Below the pieces are notes generated by a model. The model saw only the letters and a program-made list of their open reading frames with translations. It had not been told where the DNA came from and searched no databases. Position numbers and translations under genes: made by a program. From IMG/VR virus record IMGVR_UViG_3300031949_000029, positions 420 through 64,419 of that record: DNA of 64,000 nucleotides, one strand, 5' to 3'. This DNA comes from a virus. Positions 1 to 8,607 of this stretch are shown piece after piece (positions within the stretch are counted from its first letter, which is position 1; every line of letters begins with the position of its first letter).

Positions 1-89
1 ATCACCATGGAGAAGCAGAACTGGAAGAAGGCTAGGCGAGAAGGGCAGGTAGAACTGAAACGAAAGCTAGAGCTAATCTACTGAGGGGG

Positions 90-338
90 TTGGAGATGCG
101 GGCTAGGATTCCCAGTGTTGTCCACTTCCCCTTTGGCTACCAAGTAAAGGTAAAGCAAGGGAGCCAGGCAGAGCTAGATAAGGTTCTGGGGGTGAAGGCA
201 GATGGCGGGTGGCGGGTAGATTTGCAGACGCTGTATCTGCTGAAAACCCTTGACAGAAGCCGCAAGCTACGTATCTTTGCTCATGAGCTTGTGCACGCGC
301 TCAATGACTGGACACATTGGCTGTTGGATCAAACCTAG
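90..338 (+). CDS. Small HEXXH-motif protein (putative zinc metallopeptidase)
   Basis: Motif IFAHELVHAL in an 82-aa ORF; follows the 3' end of an upstream ORF. Confidence 0.45.
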   Translation: MEMRARIPSVVHFPFGYQVKVKQGSQAELDKVLGVKADGGWRVDLQTLYLLKTLDRSRKLRIFAHELVHALNDWTHWLLDQT

Positions 339-346
339 GAGACCAA

Positions 347-1369
347 ATGAGGGTTGAAGAGAAGCACAGAGTAGCTTTGAAGCAGGCTGCCCGCGGTCAA
401 GAGAACGTGGTAGGGCTTGGCTTGGGCTTCAAGTACAAGCGTGGAGAGAAGACTGCAGAGATCGCGGTAGTGTACAACGTGCGGGAGAAGATCCATTCGC
501 TTGCACTGGCCAGCAAGCAACTGGTACCTAAGAGTGTTCTTGGGGTAGTTACAGACGTTCAGGAAGTGGGAAAGGTTAAGATCCTGACCAAGCAGGGCCC
601 GGTAGGGCCGGCTGAGATTACACAGCGCTTCCGGCCAGCACCAGGTGGGGTAAGTTGTGGCAATGAGGCTATTACCGCTGGGACCCTAGGAGTCTGGGTG
701 TTCAAGAATGGCACCCTAGCTATTCTGTCCAATAACCATGTCTTGGCCAATACCAATGAAGCATCGATTGGATCAGCAGTGTTGCAGCCTGGGACTTATG
801 ACGGAGGGACACTGGTCGACCGGATCGCTACCTTAAGTGAGTTCGTCACTATCAACTTTGGAGACGGTCCGGGTGGGGATCTGCCTCCAGGCTGCTTGGA
901 CATGATTAGCAACCTGTTAGGTGGCCTGTTTGGCGGTAAGAAGAAGACTTACGGGATTGTACAGCCTAATCCGAATGAAGTGGATTGTGCGCTGGCCCTA
1001 GTGGTGGATGCTAAGGACACTGATCTGACGATTCTGAGGGGGGTCGGAAGGCCATTGCGGGTGGCAAGTGCAGAGTTGGGAGATGCAGTAGAGAAGTGTG
1101 GCAGGACTACTGAGCTTAAGCGGGGGATAGTAGAGCAGGTAGACGTAGAAATCCAGGTTGACTATGGTGGACCAGTGGCCAGCTTTGCCAAGCAGCTGAT
1201 TATCAGGGGAGATGGTGGGGCAGAGTTTTCGGCTGGTGGTGATAGTGGTAGTGCGATTGTAAGATCTGAGGACCGTGCCCTGATAGGACTACTCTATGCG
1301 GGTGGCGAGGGGATTACAGTGGCCAACCGAGCAGAGCTGGTGCAAGGGTATCTAGGTTTCTCTTTGTGA
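347..1369 (+). CDS. Trypsin-like (S1) serine protease, Nal1-like
   Basis: Triad motifs ILSNNHV, VDCALA and GGDSGSAIV; AGGAG RBS before ATG at 347. Confidence 0.8.
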   Translation: MRVEEKHRVALKQAARGQENVVGLGLGFKYKRGEKTAEIAVVYNVREKIHSLALASKQLVPKSVLGVVTDVQEVGKVKILTKQGPVGPAEITQRFRPAPGGVSCGNEAITAGTLGVWVFKNGTLAILSNNHVLANTNEASIGSAVLQPGTYDGGTLVDRIATLSEFVTINFGDGPGGDLPPGCLDMISNLLGGLFGGKKKTYGIVQPNPNEVDCALALVVDAKDTDLTILRGVGRPLRVASAELGDAVEKCGRTTELKRGIVEQVDVEIQVDYGGPVASFAKQLIIRGDGGAEFSAGGDSGSAIVRSEDRALIGLLYAGGEGITVANRAELVQGYLGFSL

Positions 1370-1638
1370 CGATCCTGGAAGAGGCACAGCAGGCGGTTTA
1401 TGGAGCTAGGCAGGAAGCCTATGGGCACCCCTTCGACGACTTCAGCCGCACTGCCAAGATATGGTCGGCGATCCTGGGCGTGGAGGTTACTCCCGCCCAG
1501 GTCGCTCTGTGTATGGTAGGGGTGAAGATTAGCAGAGAGTGTAATAGGCCAGGCAGGGATAATCTGGTCGATGGGGCTGGGTACTGGGCTACGCTGGAGT
1601 TGGTGAGGATGGAGGAGGAGAAGATGGGCCTGCGGTAA
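1366..1638 (+). CDS. DUF6378-like phage protein
   Basis: Pattern YGHPFDDFSRTAKIWSAILG...VALCMVGVKISR...DNLVDGAGY. Confidence 0.65.
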   Translation: MTILEEAQQAVYGARQEAYGHPFDDFSRTAKIWSAILGVEVTPAQVALCMVGVKISRECNRPGRDNLVDGAGYWATLELVRMEEEKMGLR

Positions 1639-1751
1639 GTGGCTTGTTCCAGGGCCGTGCGTTGTGGATATCCTGTGCTGTTGGAAAAGTTCCTTCGAAT
1701 CGGATTGCGCGGTCGTCCAAGTAGACTAAAGTCGGCGGCTTCTTCCGGTAT

Positions 1752-1886
1752 CTAGTCATCCTCCTCCTCCTGGTTCTCGGCCTCGTAAGCGATGCAGTCG
1801 CAGCCAGCGATCTGGCATGCCGTCGAGCCGGGCAGCTTAGGGTCCCGCCCGTGCTCTTCGGGGGCGTGCCCGCAGTGACAGGTCAT
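1752..1886 (-). CDS. Small Cys/His-rich hypothetical protein
   Basis: MTCHCGHAPEEH...CQIAGCDC; GGAGG RBS upstream. Confidence 0.4.
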   Translation of the reverse strand: MTCHCGHAPEEHGRDPKLPGSTACQIAGCDCIAYEAENQEEEDD

Positions 1887-1935
1887 CCTCACCCTCCTTC
1901 CAGCTAGTCGTCCTGTGTCCACCGGCCTATTGGCT

Positions 1936-2142
1936 TCACACGCACTTTCTGCATGCCGTACAGGAGCACCCACAGCGGCCCACGGGCCTGCCGCGCCTGA
2001 ACTTCCAGTTGTCCCATGTGTTGATAGCGATGATGGTTAAGAAGAACACGCAGAAGATTCCACCAATTGTGGCCAGTATGTTGGTAAGAAAGCTCATGCC
2101 TTCTCCTCCACTCATACCCAGAACTCCAGCAACCACCACCAC
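1936..2142 (-). CDS. Small membrane protein with Cys-rich tail
   Basis: Hydrophobic stretch ILATIGGIFCVFFLTIIAI and CGCSCTACRKC tail. Confidence 0.35.
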   Translation of the reverse strand: MVVVAGVLGMSGGEGMSFLTNILATIGGIFCVFFLTIIAINTWDNWKFRRGRPVGRCGCSCTACRKCV

Positions 2143-2275
2143 AGGCCGATCCGCAGCAAAATGTCCATGGCATAACTGTCGGCGATTTCAACGCCAAGGC
2201 GACGCATACCCCGCGGCCTCCACGCCACGAACCAGTTTCGCCCGCCCCACGCCCCATTCCACCAGTGGTAGCCCT

Positions 2276-3058
2276 TCACCGCTTCTCCTTTTCGCCCCGG
2301 CAGGCGGCGAGGTGGGCCTCGATCAGACAAGACATCTGTGAAAGCTGGGGCGAGTGACCGCGCTCGCAGCGATGGTCTTCGGCTAGCTCATAGACGCGCG
2401 CCAGCAGCCGGTTTGCCTCCGCGAGCCTGACCACCACTCGCCCGTACTGCGCCCAACCCTGCCACTCGGCAAGCTTGGCCGCGGCTTGCTCGGCACGCTC
2501 CTTGAACGAGAAGGTCTTCGGCTCGCCGATCTCCTTGCAGTGGTGTGACCCGTAGGCACAGTGCTGAAGGTGGAGTGCCTGCGCTTCGGCGACCTGCCCC
2601 CGCAGGCTCTTGGCCTCGGCCTCGGCTGTCTCCATCCTGCACCGGCAGCAAAGAGTCTCGGGCCGACAATCCATCGAATGCGTGATCCCGAGGGCTACCT
2701 CGGCGGATAGGTTGCGGGCATCGTCTCGTTCGGTCTCTGCCCGCTTCGCCCTGTCCTCAGCCTGCTGCGCCAGCTTCAGGTACTCCTCTTGGCGCTCCTT
2801 GTGCACGTCCTTGGTGGCCCTGGCTTCGGCAAGCTGCGCCCGCAACCGAGCGATCTCGGCCTCGGCCGCCACGAGGCGACCGCCACGCTCAAGGACCCAC
2901 CGCTCGTAGCAGGTCTCCTCGATCAGCCGGGCGGCCGCGTGAAACAACGGTGTCTCAAGCTGTTCCTGAGTGAAGCTGTACCGCGCGGCCTGCGTTGCCA
3001 CATACAACTCCTCGGCCAGCTTCACCGCCCAATCGGCTGGCTTGGGCTGGGCGGTCAT
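2276..3058 (-). CDS. Hypothetical coiled-coil protein
   Basis: 260-aa ORF, Ala/Glu/Arg heptad-like; in a GC-rich patch. Confidence 0.55.
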   Translation of the reverse strand: MTAQPKPADWAVKLAEELYVATQAARYSFTQEQLETPLFHAAARLIEETCYERWVLERGGRLVAAEAEIARLRAQLAEARATKDVHKERQEEYLKLAQQAEDRAKRAETERDDARNLSAEVALGITHSMDCRPETLCCRCRMETAEAEAKSLRGQVAEAQALHLQHCAYGSHHCKEIGEPKTFSFKERAEQAAAKLAEWQGWAQYGRVVVRLAEANRLLARVYELAEDHRCERGHSPQLSQMSCLIEAHLAACRGEKEKR

Positions 3059-3179
3059 CGGCGGGCCTCTTTCGGATGCATGGTGTAGTGGTCAAAGCAG
3101 CACTGCCTGTACAGGCCACGCCAGGATGAGAGAAGGTGATAGCAGACAAAGCCAAGCACGAAACCGGAGACCATGCACG

Positions 3180-3617
3180 TCACTTCCCAACCTCCTCAGC
3201 CGCCGCGCGGAACGGGGCGCAGCGAGTGCAGCCGTACTCCCTCCGCGCTCCAACGATCAGTCTTCGGCCCCATGGATCGCCTGGATCGCCTGGCGTCGGG
3301 TCGGCCATATCACCGCACTCCGGGCACGCCGCCAGCATCTTCTGCACCGCCTCACTCACAGCTACCTTGACCGCCCCCTCGTGGACCACCGCCAGCCAGA
3401 GCTTGACCGCGGCCGGCGTAGCGGGGACAGCATCGACTGGCGTCAGAGTTTCCCACCACTCACGGTCCCTCTGTGCTACGGCATCCCTGGCATAGGCGAT
3501 GAGGGCTTGCTCAATATACTGTAGCCGTTGTTCCATCCACGTTGGCAACCCCGGATGTGGTATCAGGCCCAGCCACCCCGCTAGTACCACGGCGGCCTCC
3601 CGTGCGCTCTCGCTCAT
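3180..3617 (-). CDS. Hypothetical protein
   Basis: 145-aa ORF with two CxxC motifs; GAGG RBS. Confidence 0.5.
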   Translation of the reverse strand: MSESAREAAVVLAGWLGLIPHPGLPTWMEQRLQYIEQALIAYARDAVAQRDREWWETLTPVDAVPATPAAVKLWLAVVHEGAVKVAVSEAVQKMLAACPECGDMADPTPGDPGDPWGRRLIVGARREYGCTRCAPFRAAAEEVGK

Positions 3618-4119
3618 CTTACCACCTCAGCTTCCTTATCTCTACCAGCCACACGCGGTTAGCGGCCGTCATCGTACACCACACATTTGATGACTGTGCA
3701 TTCGTATGCTTGGGCGAGATGAATGTTCCCACCTAGGATCTTTTGGCAGTATGGACATCTGATGGCCACCACTACTGGAATCTCTACATTCCCCAGTGTG
3801 AGTCTCGGATCGGCTAAATCACGCGGCTGGTATATTGTCTTAGCGGCCACGCTTGGCCTCCTCACTGGCAATGTCGCGCAGAGCGCTTGCGATCTCGCGT
3901 GCGATGTAAGCTCGTTGATAACAGGTTGAACGCCAGTCTGGTGGTGCTGGTGGCTGAGCATCAGTCTTGTGTTTCTCGTGCCAGCATGCCTCGCGTTGGG
4001 CTACCCTTATCGCCCGCCGCAGGCCCAGCACGATCCCAGCTCGGAGACCCTCCTCATAGGCTTGGCTGAGCGTGGTGCTTATCTTCCAGACGTGTCCTCG
4101 TATGGTACGACTCATCCAC

Positions 4120-4494
4120 CTACCCCCCTCGCTTGATCTTCTTAACCACCCGCTGCTGCTTACCAAACTTAGTAGCCCTCTTATGGCTAGTCATGTATAA
4201 ATCTAGCCTCTTGCCTTTTATAGCGCGCCCCCGGTCCTGACACATGCGCTCCCCAATGCCACCGATCCACAGGATAGTGCCCAAGGGTAGCTGTGGTGGA
4301 CAAGCGATAGTCCAGTTGGCTCTGGGCTTGGCACCGCTCTTGGTCAGGCCATGGCGCGTGTTTGGGCCTACGCAGAGAAAGCAAGCACAGTAGGCTGTGA
4401 TGAGCCAAAGAGAGACTGGCAGCCTTGGCCTACTCTCGGCACTTCGGACAAGTGCTGTACCGGCAGAAGTCGAATGGATGATTGTGCTCCAGCT
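4120..4494 (-). CDS. 3D-domain protein (putative peptidoglycan lytic enzyme); start codon uncertain
   Basis: ITAYC...TKSG...TIACPPQLPLGT...CQDRGRAIKGKRLDLYM; the longer ORF overlaps tRNA-Gln. Confidence 0.7.
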   Translation of the reverse strand, partial: SWSTIIHSTSAGTALVRSAESRPRLPVSLWLITAYCACFLCVGPNTRHGLTKSGAKPRANWTIACPPQLPLGTILWIGGIGERMCQDRGRAIKGKRLDLYMTSHKRATKFGKQQRVVKKIKRGG

Positions 4495-4569
4495 TGGCAG
4501 GGAGAGGCAGAGTCGAACTGCCATCGGCAGGGTCAAAGCCTGCTGGCTTGCCTATTAGCCTATCCCCCT
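4495..4569 (-). tRNA. tRNA-Gln(TTG)
   Basis: Cloverleaf; anticodon loop CT-TTG-AC; encoded CCA. Confidence 0.92.
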
Positions 4570-4570
4570 G

Positions 4571-4644
4571 TGGAGATGAGGAGGGGAGTCGAACCCCTGT
4601 AACATGGGTTGCAGCCATGCGCTTCACCGTTCAGCCACCGCATC
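4571..4644 (-). tRNA. tRNA-Cys(GCA)
   Basis: Loop CT-GCA-AC; U73; CCA. Confidence 0.9.
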
Positions 4645-4869
4645 AGGTCTTTGCTTCAATGGCTCCATCCTAAACACTACCACTGAATCACAGTTGCAGT
4701 CTGGTAAAGCACAGGAAAGGCCAGTAAGTCTGTAGCGATAGCCAGAGGACAAATCTAGGATATCTGCCTCCCAGTTCAATCCACGACCAATCTTATCAGC
4801 GTCTTCACGGGACACGACAAGATTCAAGCGTGTGCCCGAGGCTGGATCCCTTGGCGTCAGAATCGGCAT
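4624..4869 (-). CDS. Hypothetical protein
   Basis: 81-aa ORF with AAGGAGG RBS. Confidence 0.45.
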   Translation of the reverse strand: MPILTPRDPASGTRLNLVVSREDADKIGRGLNWEADILDLSSGYRYRLTGLSCALPDCNCDSVVVFRMEPLKQRPDAVAER

Positions 4870-4888
4870 TGGCCTCCTTTAGTGTAAA

Positions 4889-4976
4889 TGGCGGCACCTG
4901 GAGGACTCGAACCCCTAGCCATCTCAGGCCACCCTGGTTTTCAAGACCAGTCGCCAGCCATTCAGCGGCAGGTGCC
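4889..4976 (-). tRNA. tRNA-Ser(TGA)
   Basis: Loop CT-TGA-AA; long variable arm; G73-CCA. Confidence 0.92.
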
Positions 4977-4981
4977 ATTAG

Positions 4982-5278
4982 TTAGTGTACCAGTTCTCCA
5001 TTTCTACTCTCGATTAGCAGCAGTTCAGCCTGGATTTCCGGGCGCTTGTTAAAGATGTAGTCTGCTAACTCTTTCTCTACTCCAGCCGACATCTTAACAG
5101 CCTCAGCGATCCGTTCATAGCCCTGTGACCTGGTAGCAGCCAAATAGAGTACAGCTACTAGTGCGGTCAACAACTCCGGGTTATCTGGCAGGATTCCTCG
5201 ACGGCAAAAGAAAAGGACCGTGTCAGCTGCCAGGTCCAGGCTGCGCTCCGTCCTTTCCTCCATTTCCTTCAGGTCCAT
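4982..5278 (-). CDS. Small helical hypothetical protein
   Basis: 98-aa ORF with RBS; see the paralog finding. Confidence 0.5.
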   Translation of the reverse strand: MDLKEMEERTERSLDLAADTVLFFCRRGILPDNPELLTALVAVLYLAATRSQGYERIAEAVKMSAGVEKELADYIFNKRPEIQAELLLIESRNGELVH

Positions 5279-5287
5279 CAGTCCCCC

Positions 5288-5770
5288 TCATCCAATTTTT
5301 CTGCTGATCAGTTTGCCTTGGGTCCGCACTAGATGGTCAGCACAATGAGAGGCAGCCCAGGCGTCTGGCTTGATCAAGACTTTGAAACCCTGGCTTACCA
5401 CTAGGCCGACCAGCTCCTGGATATACAGGCTGCTCTTGTGAGCCACCACCGGGTTAGCGTCGATGTGGATAGAGAGAGCCCCAGGAACAACTGACTCTAA
5501 CTCCATACCTAGAGCAACGGAGAGCCAGACCTCCCTAAATAGACGCTCTCGAAGGCTAGTGATGCGCGGAGTAATTTCTCGCCTATAAGCTGCACGTCCA
5601 CCTTTGCCAGGAGTCAAAACCGCTACCACAGTCACAAACTGAGTGTAGCGAGCTACTTGCAGAGAATCAGTGCCAACGTGGACGGCTTGGCCAGAGAGCG
5701 CAGCGACCCTAACAAACTCCCCGATGTCTGGGATCTTGATGCCCCCAAGGGTACGCCAGCTGCTGGTCAT
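5288..5770 (-). CDS. RNase H-like YkuK (DUF458) family protein
   Basis: HVGTDS...FVTVV...RERLFREVWLS...IHIDAN...IKPDAWAASHCAD. Confidence 0.8.
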   Translation of the reverse strand: MTSSWRTLGGIKIPDIGEFVRVAALSGQAVHVGTDSLQVARYTQFVTVVAVLTPGKGGRAAYRREITPRITSLRERLFREVWLSVALGMELESVVPGALSIHIDANPVVAHKSSLYIQELVGLVVSQGFKVLIKPDAWAASHCADHLVRTQGKLISRKIG

Positions 5771-5791
5771 TTAGCTGCCTTCATTAATAGA

Positions 5792-5886
5792 TGGCGGAGG
5801 GGGAGTGACTCGAACACTCGCGGCCAGGAGCACTGGCGTCAGAGGTTTAGCAGACCTCCGGGATCCCTACTCTCCCTTTCCCCTCC
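5792..5886 (-). tRNA. tRNA-Ser(GCT)
   Basis: Loop CT-GCT-AA; long variable arm; CCA. Confidence 0.88.
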
Positions 5887-5897
5887 TCAGCTAGGCA

Positions 5898-6152
5898 TCA
5901 ATTTCCTCGCATCTCAACTTCTCGATAGTTGCCTTGCCGAATGTTTTCTACGATGGATTTTAGCAAGGCTTGAACAGCCGTGGTCGACCAGTTATATCCA
6001 CCGAGTAAAGTGGAGATGCCAATGGTGGTCAGGGCTACCATGGTCAATGCGTCGGTTGGAATAGCGCCGCGTAGAAGCTCCGTGATCTGGACCTGGCGAG
6101 CGTTTAGCAGCTTGATCAGCTGCGGAAATGTCTTTATCTCCTGCTCATCCAT
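5898..6152 (-). CDS. Small helical hypothetical protein
   Basis: 84-aa ORF. Confidence 0.5.
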   Translation of the reverse strand: MDEQEIKTFPQLIKLLNARQVQITELLRGAIPTDALTMVALTTIGISTLLGGYNWSTTAVQALLKSIVENIRQGNYREVEMRGN

Positions 6153-6166
6153 AAGTATTACCTACC

Positions 6167-6310
6167 TTACCATCCGTTAATGTTCTTGGGTGGAGTAGCT
6201 CCCTTTGGCCCAATACTATGCTCGTTCAGTGGGTCCCCGCAGTTGGGATGCCATTTGCGGCCCTTACGCGCCTTCTTGGAGTTGGTGTAGCGTCTAGAAC
6301 GCGAGGTCAT
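6167..6310 (-). CDS. Small basic hypothetical protein (47 aa)
   Basis: GAGGAGG RBS then MTSRSRRYTNSKKARKGRKWHP...; below the ORF-track cutoff. Confidence 0.4.
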   Translation of the reverse strand: MTSRSRRYTNSKKARKGRKWHPNCGDPLNEHSIGPKGATPPKNINGW

Positions 6311-6326
6311 CAAGAGCCTCCTCAGA

Positions 6327-6400
6327 TGGTAGACCCGCTAGGATTCGAACCCAGATCTAGCACTAATAAGGTGCCAGCACTACCGTTGTGCTACGGGTCT
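6327..6400 (-). tRNA. tRNA-Ile(TAT)
   Basis: Cloverleaf; loop CT-TAT-TA; A73-CCA. Confidence 0.8.
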
Positions 6401-6401
6401 A

Positions 6402-6476
6402 TGGTGACGGGCCCTGGATTCGAACCAGGACGGCGAAGTTAGAAGCTTCGAAGGCTGTCCATTACCTCAGCCCGCC
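6402..6476 (-). tRNA. tRNA-Arg(TCT)
   Basis: Loop CT-TCT-AA; CCA. Confidence 0.9.
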
Positions 6477-6478
6477 AT

Positions 6479-6504
6479 TGGTACTCCCGGCTGGACTCGA
6501 ATCC
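6479..6504 (-). pseudogene. 3' fragment of a tRNA (T-loop, acceptor 3' strand, ACCA)
   Basis: GGATTCGAGTCCAGCCGGGAGTACCA with no 5' half. Confidence 0.7.
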
Positions 6505-6518
6505 TATCTGTGTTATCA

Positions 6519-6596
6519 TGGTCTCCGGGATGGGATTCGAACCCACATTCTTCCACTTACGGTACTCGACTTAGGAGATCGAGCCGATACCCGGAG
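6519..6596 (-). pseudogene. D-armless tRNA-like gene (Arg-CCT-like or degenerate Leu)
   Basis: Perfect acceptor CTCCGGG/CCCGGAG, T-arm, ACCA and anticodon hairpin; D-arm reduced to about 7 nt. Confidence 0.65.
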
Positions 6597-6603
6597 GTAT
6601 AAA

Positions 6604-7152
6604 GTGAACTGTATCGCATGTCAATGTCTGACGGATAATCCGAAATTCTGCTCACACTCGTGTGCGGCACGTGTCAATAACAGACTAGCCCCAAAAAAGG
6701 CAAGGAAACTACGCACTTGTAGAAGATGTAAACAGGACTTTTTACCTGCAGCAGGATCAACTGCCAAGACTTGTACGGCGTGCAAGAGACCACCTGGTCC
6801 TTGGCTTCATAGAACTATAGGTAATGTTCGCACAGCTATGGGGAATAAAGGCAAGCACCCATCTTGGATCCACGCATCAGTACGTTCGGCCGCTAGAAGG
6901 CAACATAGACGAGTAGATGACAGCTGTCAACGTTGTGGCTACTCTGTGCATGTTGAGATAGCGCACATCAAGCCTATCTCTGACTTCGCAGATGATGTTC
7001 CACTGAGTGTAGTCAATGCAGCGGAGAACATCTTGAAGCTCTGCCCAAACTGTCATTGGGAATTCGATCAGGGCTTGTGGCATCCACGGGAGCATTTAGT
7101 TTGTGCACTCTATCCAACAGCTCAGGCTGCCGTCAACACCTTCAGCTGCTAA
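6604..7152 (+). mobile_element. HNH (homing-type) endonuclease, antisense within the tRNA array
   Basis: CQRCG...VEIAHIKPIS...NILKLCPNCHWEFD; GGAGG RBS before GTG at 6604; N-terminal CxxC motifs. Confidence 0.85.
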
Positions 7153-7265
7153 CAATGAATCCCTAGCTTGCATTCGCTCAAGGATCACCAGGAATGCTTC
7201 TCTGGTCACCAGTCGCCTGTCTGGCCAGTAATAGTCGGATTGGTAGGCAGGAAGAGTGGGACGTA

Positions 7266-7340
7266 TGGTGGCCGAGCGGGGAGTCAAACCCCGACTGCCG
7301 GGTTCGTAGCCCGGCGGTCTGTTCATTAGCCTACTCGGCC
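7266..7340 (-). tRNA. tRNA-Arg(ACG)
   Basis: Loop CT-ACG-AA; CCA. Confidence 0.9.
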
Positions 7341-7398
7341 TGGGCTACATAGACATTGAGCTGACACTCACAGTGCGGACAAGTAAAGACGCTGAGCT

Positions 7399-7473
7399 TG
7401 GTCCCAGCGGGAGGGATCGAACCTCCGCCTGCGCCTTCGGAGGACGCTGTGCTGTCCGTTGCACCACGCTGGG
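7399..7473 (-). tRNA. tRNA-Arg(CCG)
   Basis: Loop CT-CCG-AA; CCA. Confidence 0.9.
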
Positions 7474-7596
7474 AGCGGCCACGGATCGCCAGGTACTTGA
7501 ACGTACTTCCACAGCTCAGACAGAGCGGGTACCATTTGCCAGCCGTGTATAGGCAGTATTCTACGCGCTCATGGCTACATCTGGGCGTGCTGTATT

Positions 7597-7671
7597 TGGT
7601 AGGGGAAGAGGGAGTTGAACCCTCATCCGGCGATTGAAAGCCGCCGATGCTTACCATTACACTATTCCCCC
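7597..7671 (-). tRNA. tRNA-Glu(TTC)
   Basis: Loop CT-TTC-AA; CCA. Confidence 0.9.
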
Positions 7672-7679
7672 ACGATTGC

Positions 7680-7964
7680 TCATTGCCGCCCCTTTGTAGT
7701 ATCCCACATCTCTTGAACCAGAGCCATGAACCGTGCTTGGACGTTCTCTCCAGTCATGTTGTATTTGAAGTTGGCCACGGCAGTTCCTAGCATGGTGTAG
7801 GTCAGTAGCATGGGGCCTAGCTTCTTAGGGATCCCAATGGCATGGAGAGAGTTGACTAGCTCTTCGGAAGCTGCCTCGACGTCTGCGGGTGTGATCGCCT
7901 GTGGGTCGTTATCCGTGTCTTCGTCATCTGGCGGTTCGAACATCCTGTCAATCCCATTAGCCAT
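7680..7964 (-). CDS. Small helical hypothetical protein
   Basis: 94-aa ORF with GGAGAGAG RBS. Confidence 0.5.
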   Translation of the reverse strand: MANGIDRMFEPPDDEDTDNDPQAITPADVEAASEELVNSLHAIGIPKKLGPMLLTYTMLGTAVANFKYNMTGENVQARFMALVQEMWDTTKGRQ

Positions 7965-7980
7965 AGACTACTCTCTCCTA

Positions 7981-8052
7981 TGGAGCTACCCCAGGGAATC
8001 GAACCCTGCCCTGCTGGATACAAGCCAGCTTGGCCTCCTTGGCCTGGGTAGC
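7981..8052 (-). tRNA. tRNA-Thr(TGT), compact D-arm
   Basis: Loop CT-TGT-AT; D-arm GGCC-AAGGA-GGCC; CCA. Confidence 0.8.
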
Positions 8053-8062
8053 TCAGCTACCT

Positions 8063-8341
8063 TCAGTGCTCTCTTGCTTCCTCTGAGACCAGGCAGTCAT
8101 CGATCAAGCTATTCAGCAGCACCTTGATCTGGCGCCTAGGGACGTGAAAATCGACCATTAGGGCTCCGACGCAAGTGGCCAAGAGCCCTATGATCATCTC
8201 AGGATCGCAGTCGATCTGGTGGGTGTTCAGCGCCACCAGAGCACGATCTGAAGCATCCTGGATAACTATCTGTATCTCAGCGCCCCCGAGGCCGTCGTTC
8301 AGATGAGTCACCTGGGTACTCGACAACACTTTGTCAGTCAA
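8063..8341 (-). CDS. Small hypothetical protein
   Basis: 92-aa ORF with GGGAG RBS. Confidence 0.5.
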   Translation of the reverse strand: MTDKVLSSTQVTHLNDGLGGAEIQIVIQDASDRALVALNTHQIDCDPEMIIGLLATCVGALMVDFHVPRRQIKVLLNSLIDDCLVSEEAREH

Positions 8342-8364
8342 TTCGAATCTCCCTTTGCTCCCTA

Positions 8365-8440
8365 TGGTGGACAGGTCAGGGATCGAACCTGATTCTACCG
8401 CTCTTCAGGCGGTCGCGATGACCACATTTGCTACCTGTCC
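8365..8440 (-). tRNA. tRNA-Phe(GAA)
   Basis: Loop CT-GAA-GA; CCA. Confidence 0.9.
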
Positions 8441-8456
8441 AGAGACTGCTTGTTTA

Positions 8457-8531
8457 TGGAGCTGCAGGAGGGAATCGAACCCTCGCTTGCGGTTTACGGG
8501 ACCGCTGGGCTACCTACTACCCCACCACAGC
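8457..8531 (-). tRNA. tRNA-Thr(CGT)
   Basis: Loop CC-CGT-AA; CCA. Confidence 0.85.
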
Positions 8532-8532
8532 T

Positions 8533-8606
8533 TGGTCCATCCCCAAGGACTTGAACCCTGATTTCCCGGTAATCGGCCGGGCGTCCTGCCGTTGGACGAG
8601 GGATGG
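8533..8606 (-). tRNA. tRNA-Ile(GAT)
   Basis: Loop CC-GAT-TA; A73-CCA. Confidence 0.8.
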
Positions 8607-8607
8607 G

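Noticed and set aside
4889-4976. Selenocysteine tRNA
   Set aside because: The anticodon is TGA (Ser), not TCA, and the acceptor is 7 bp
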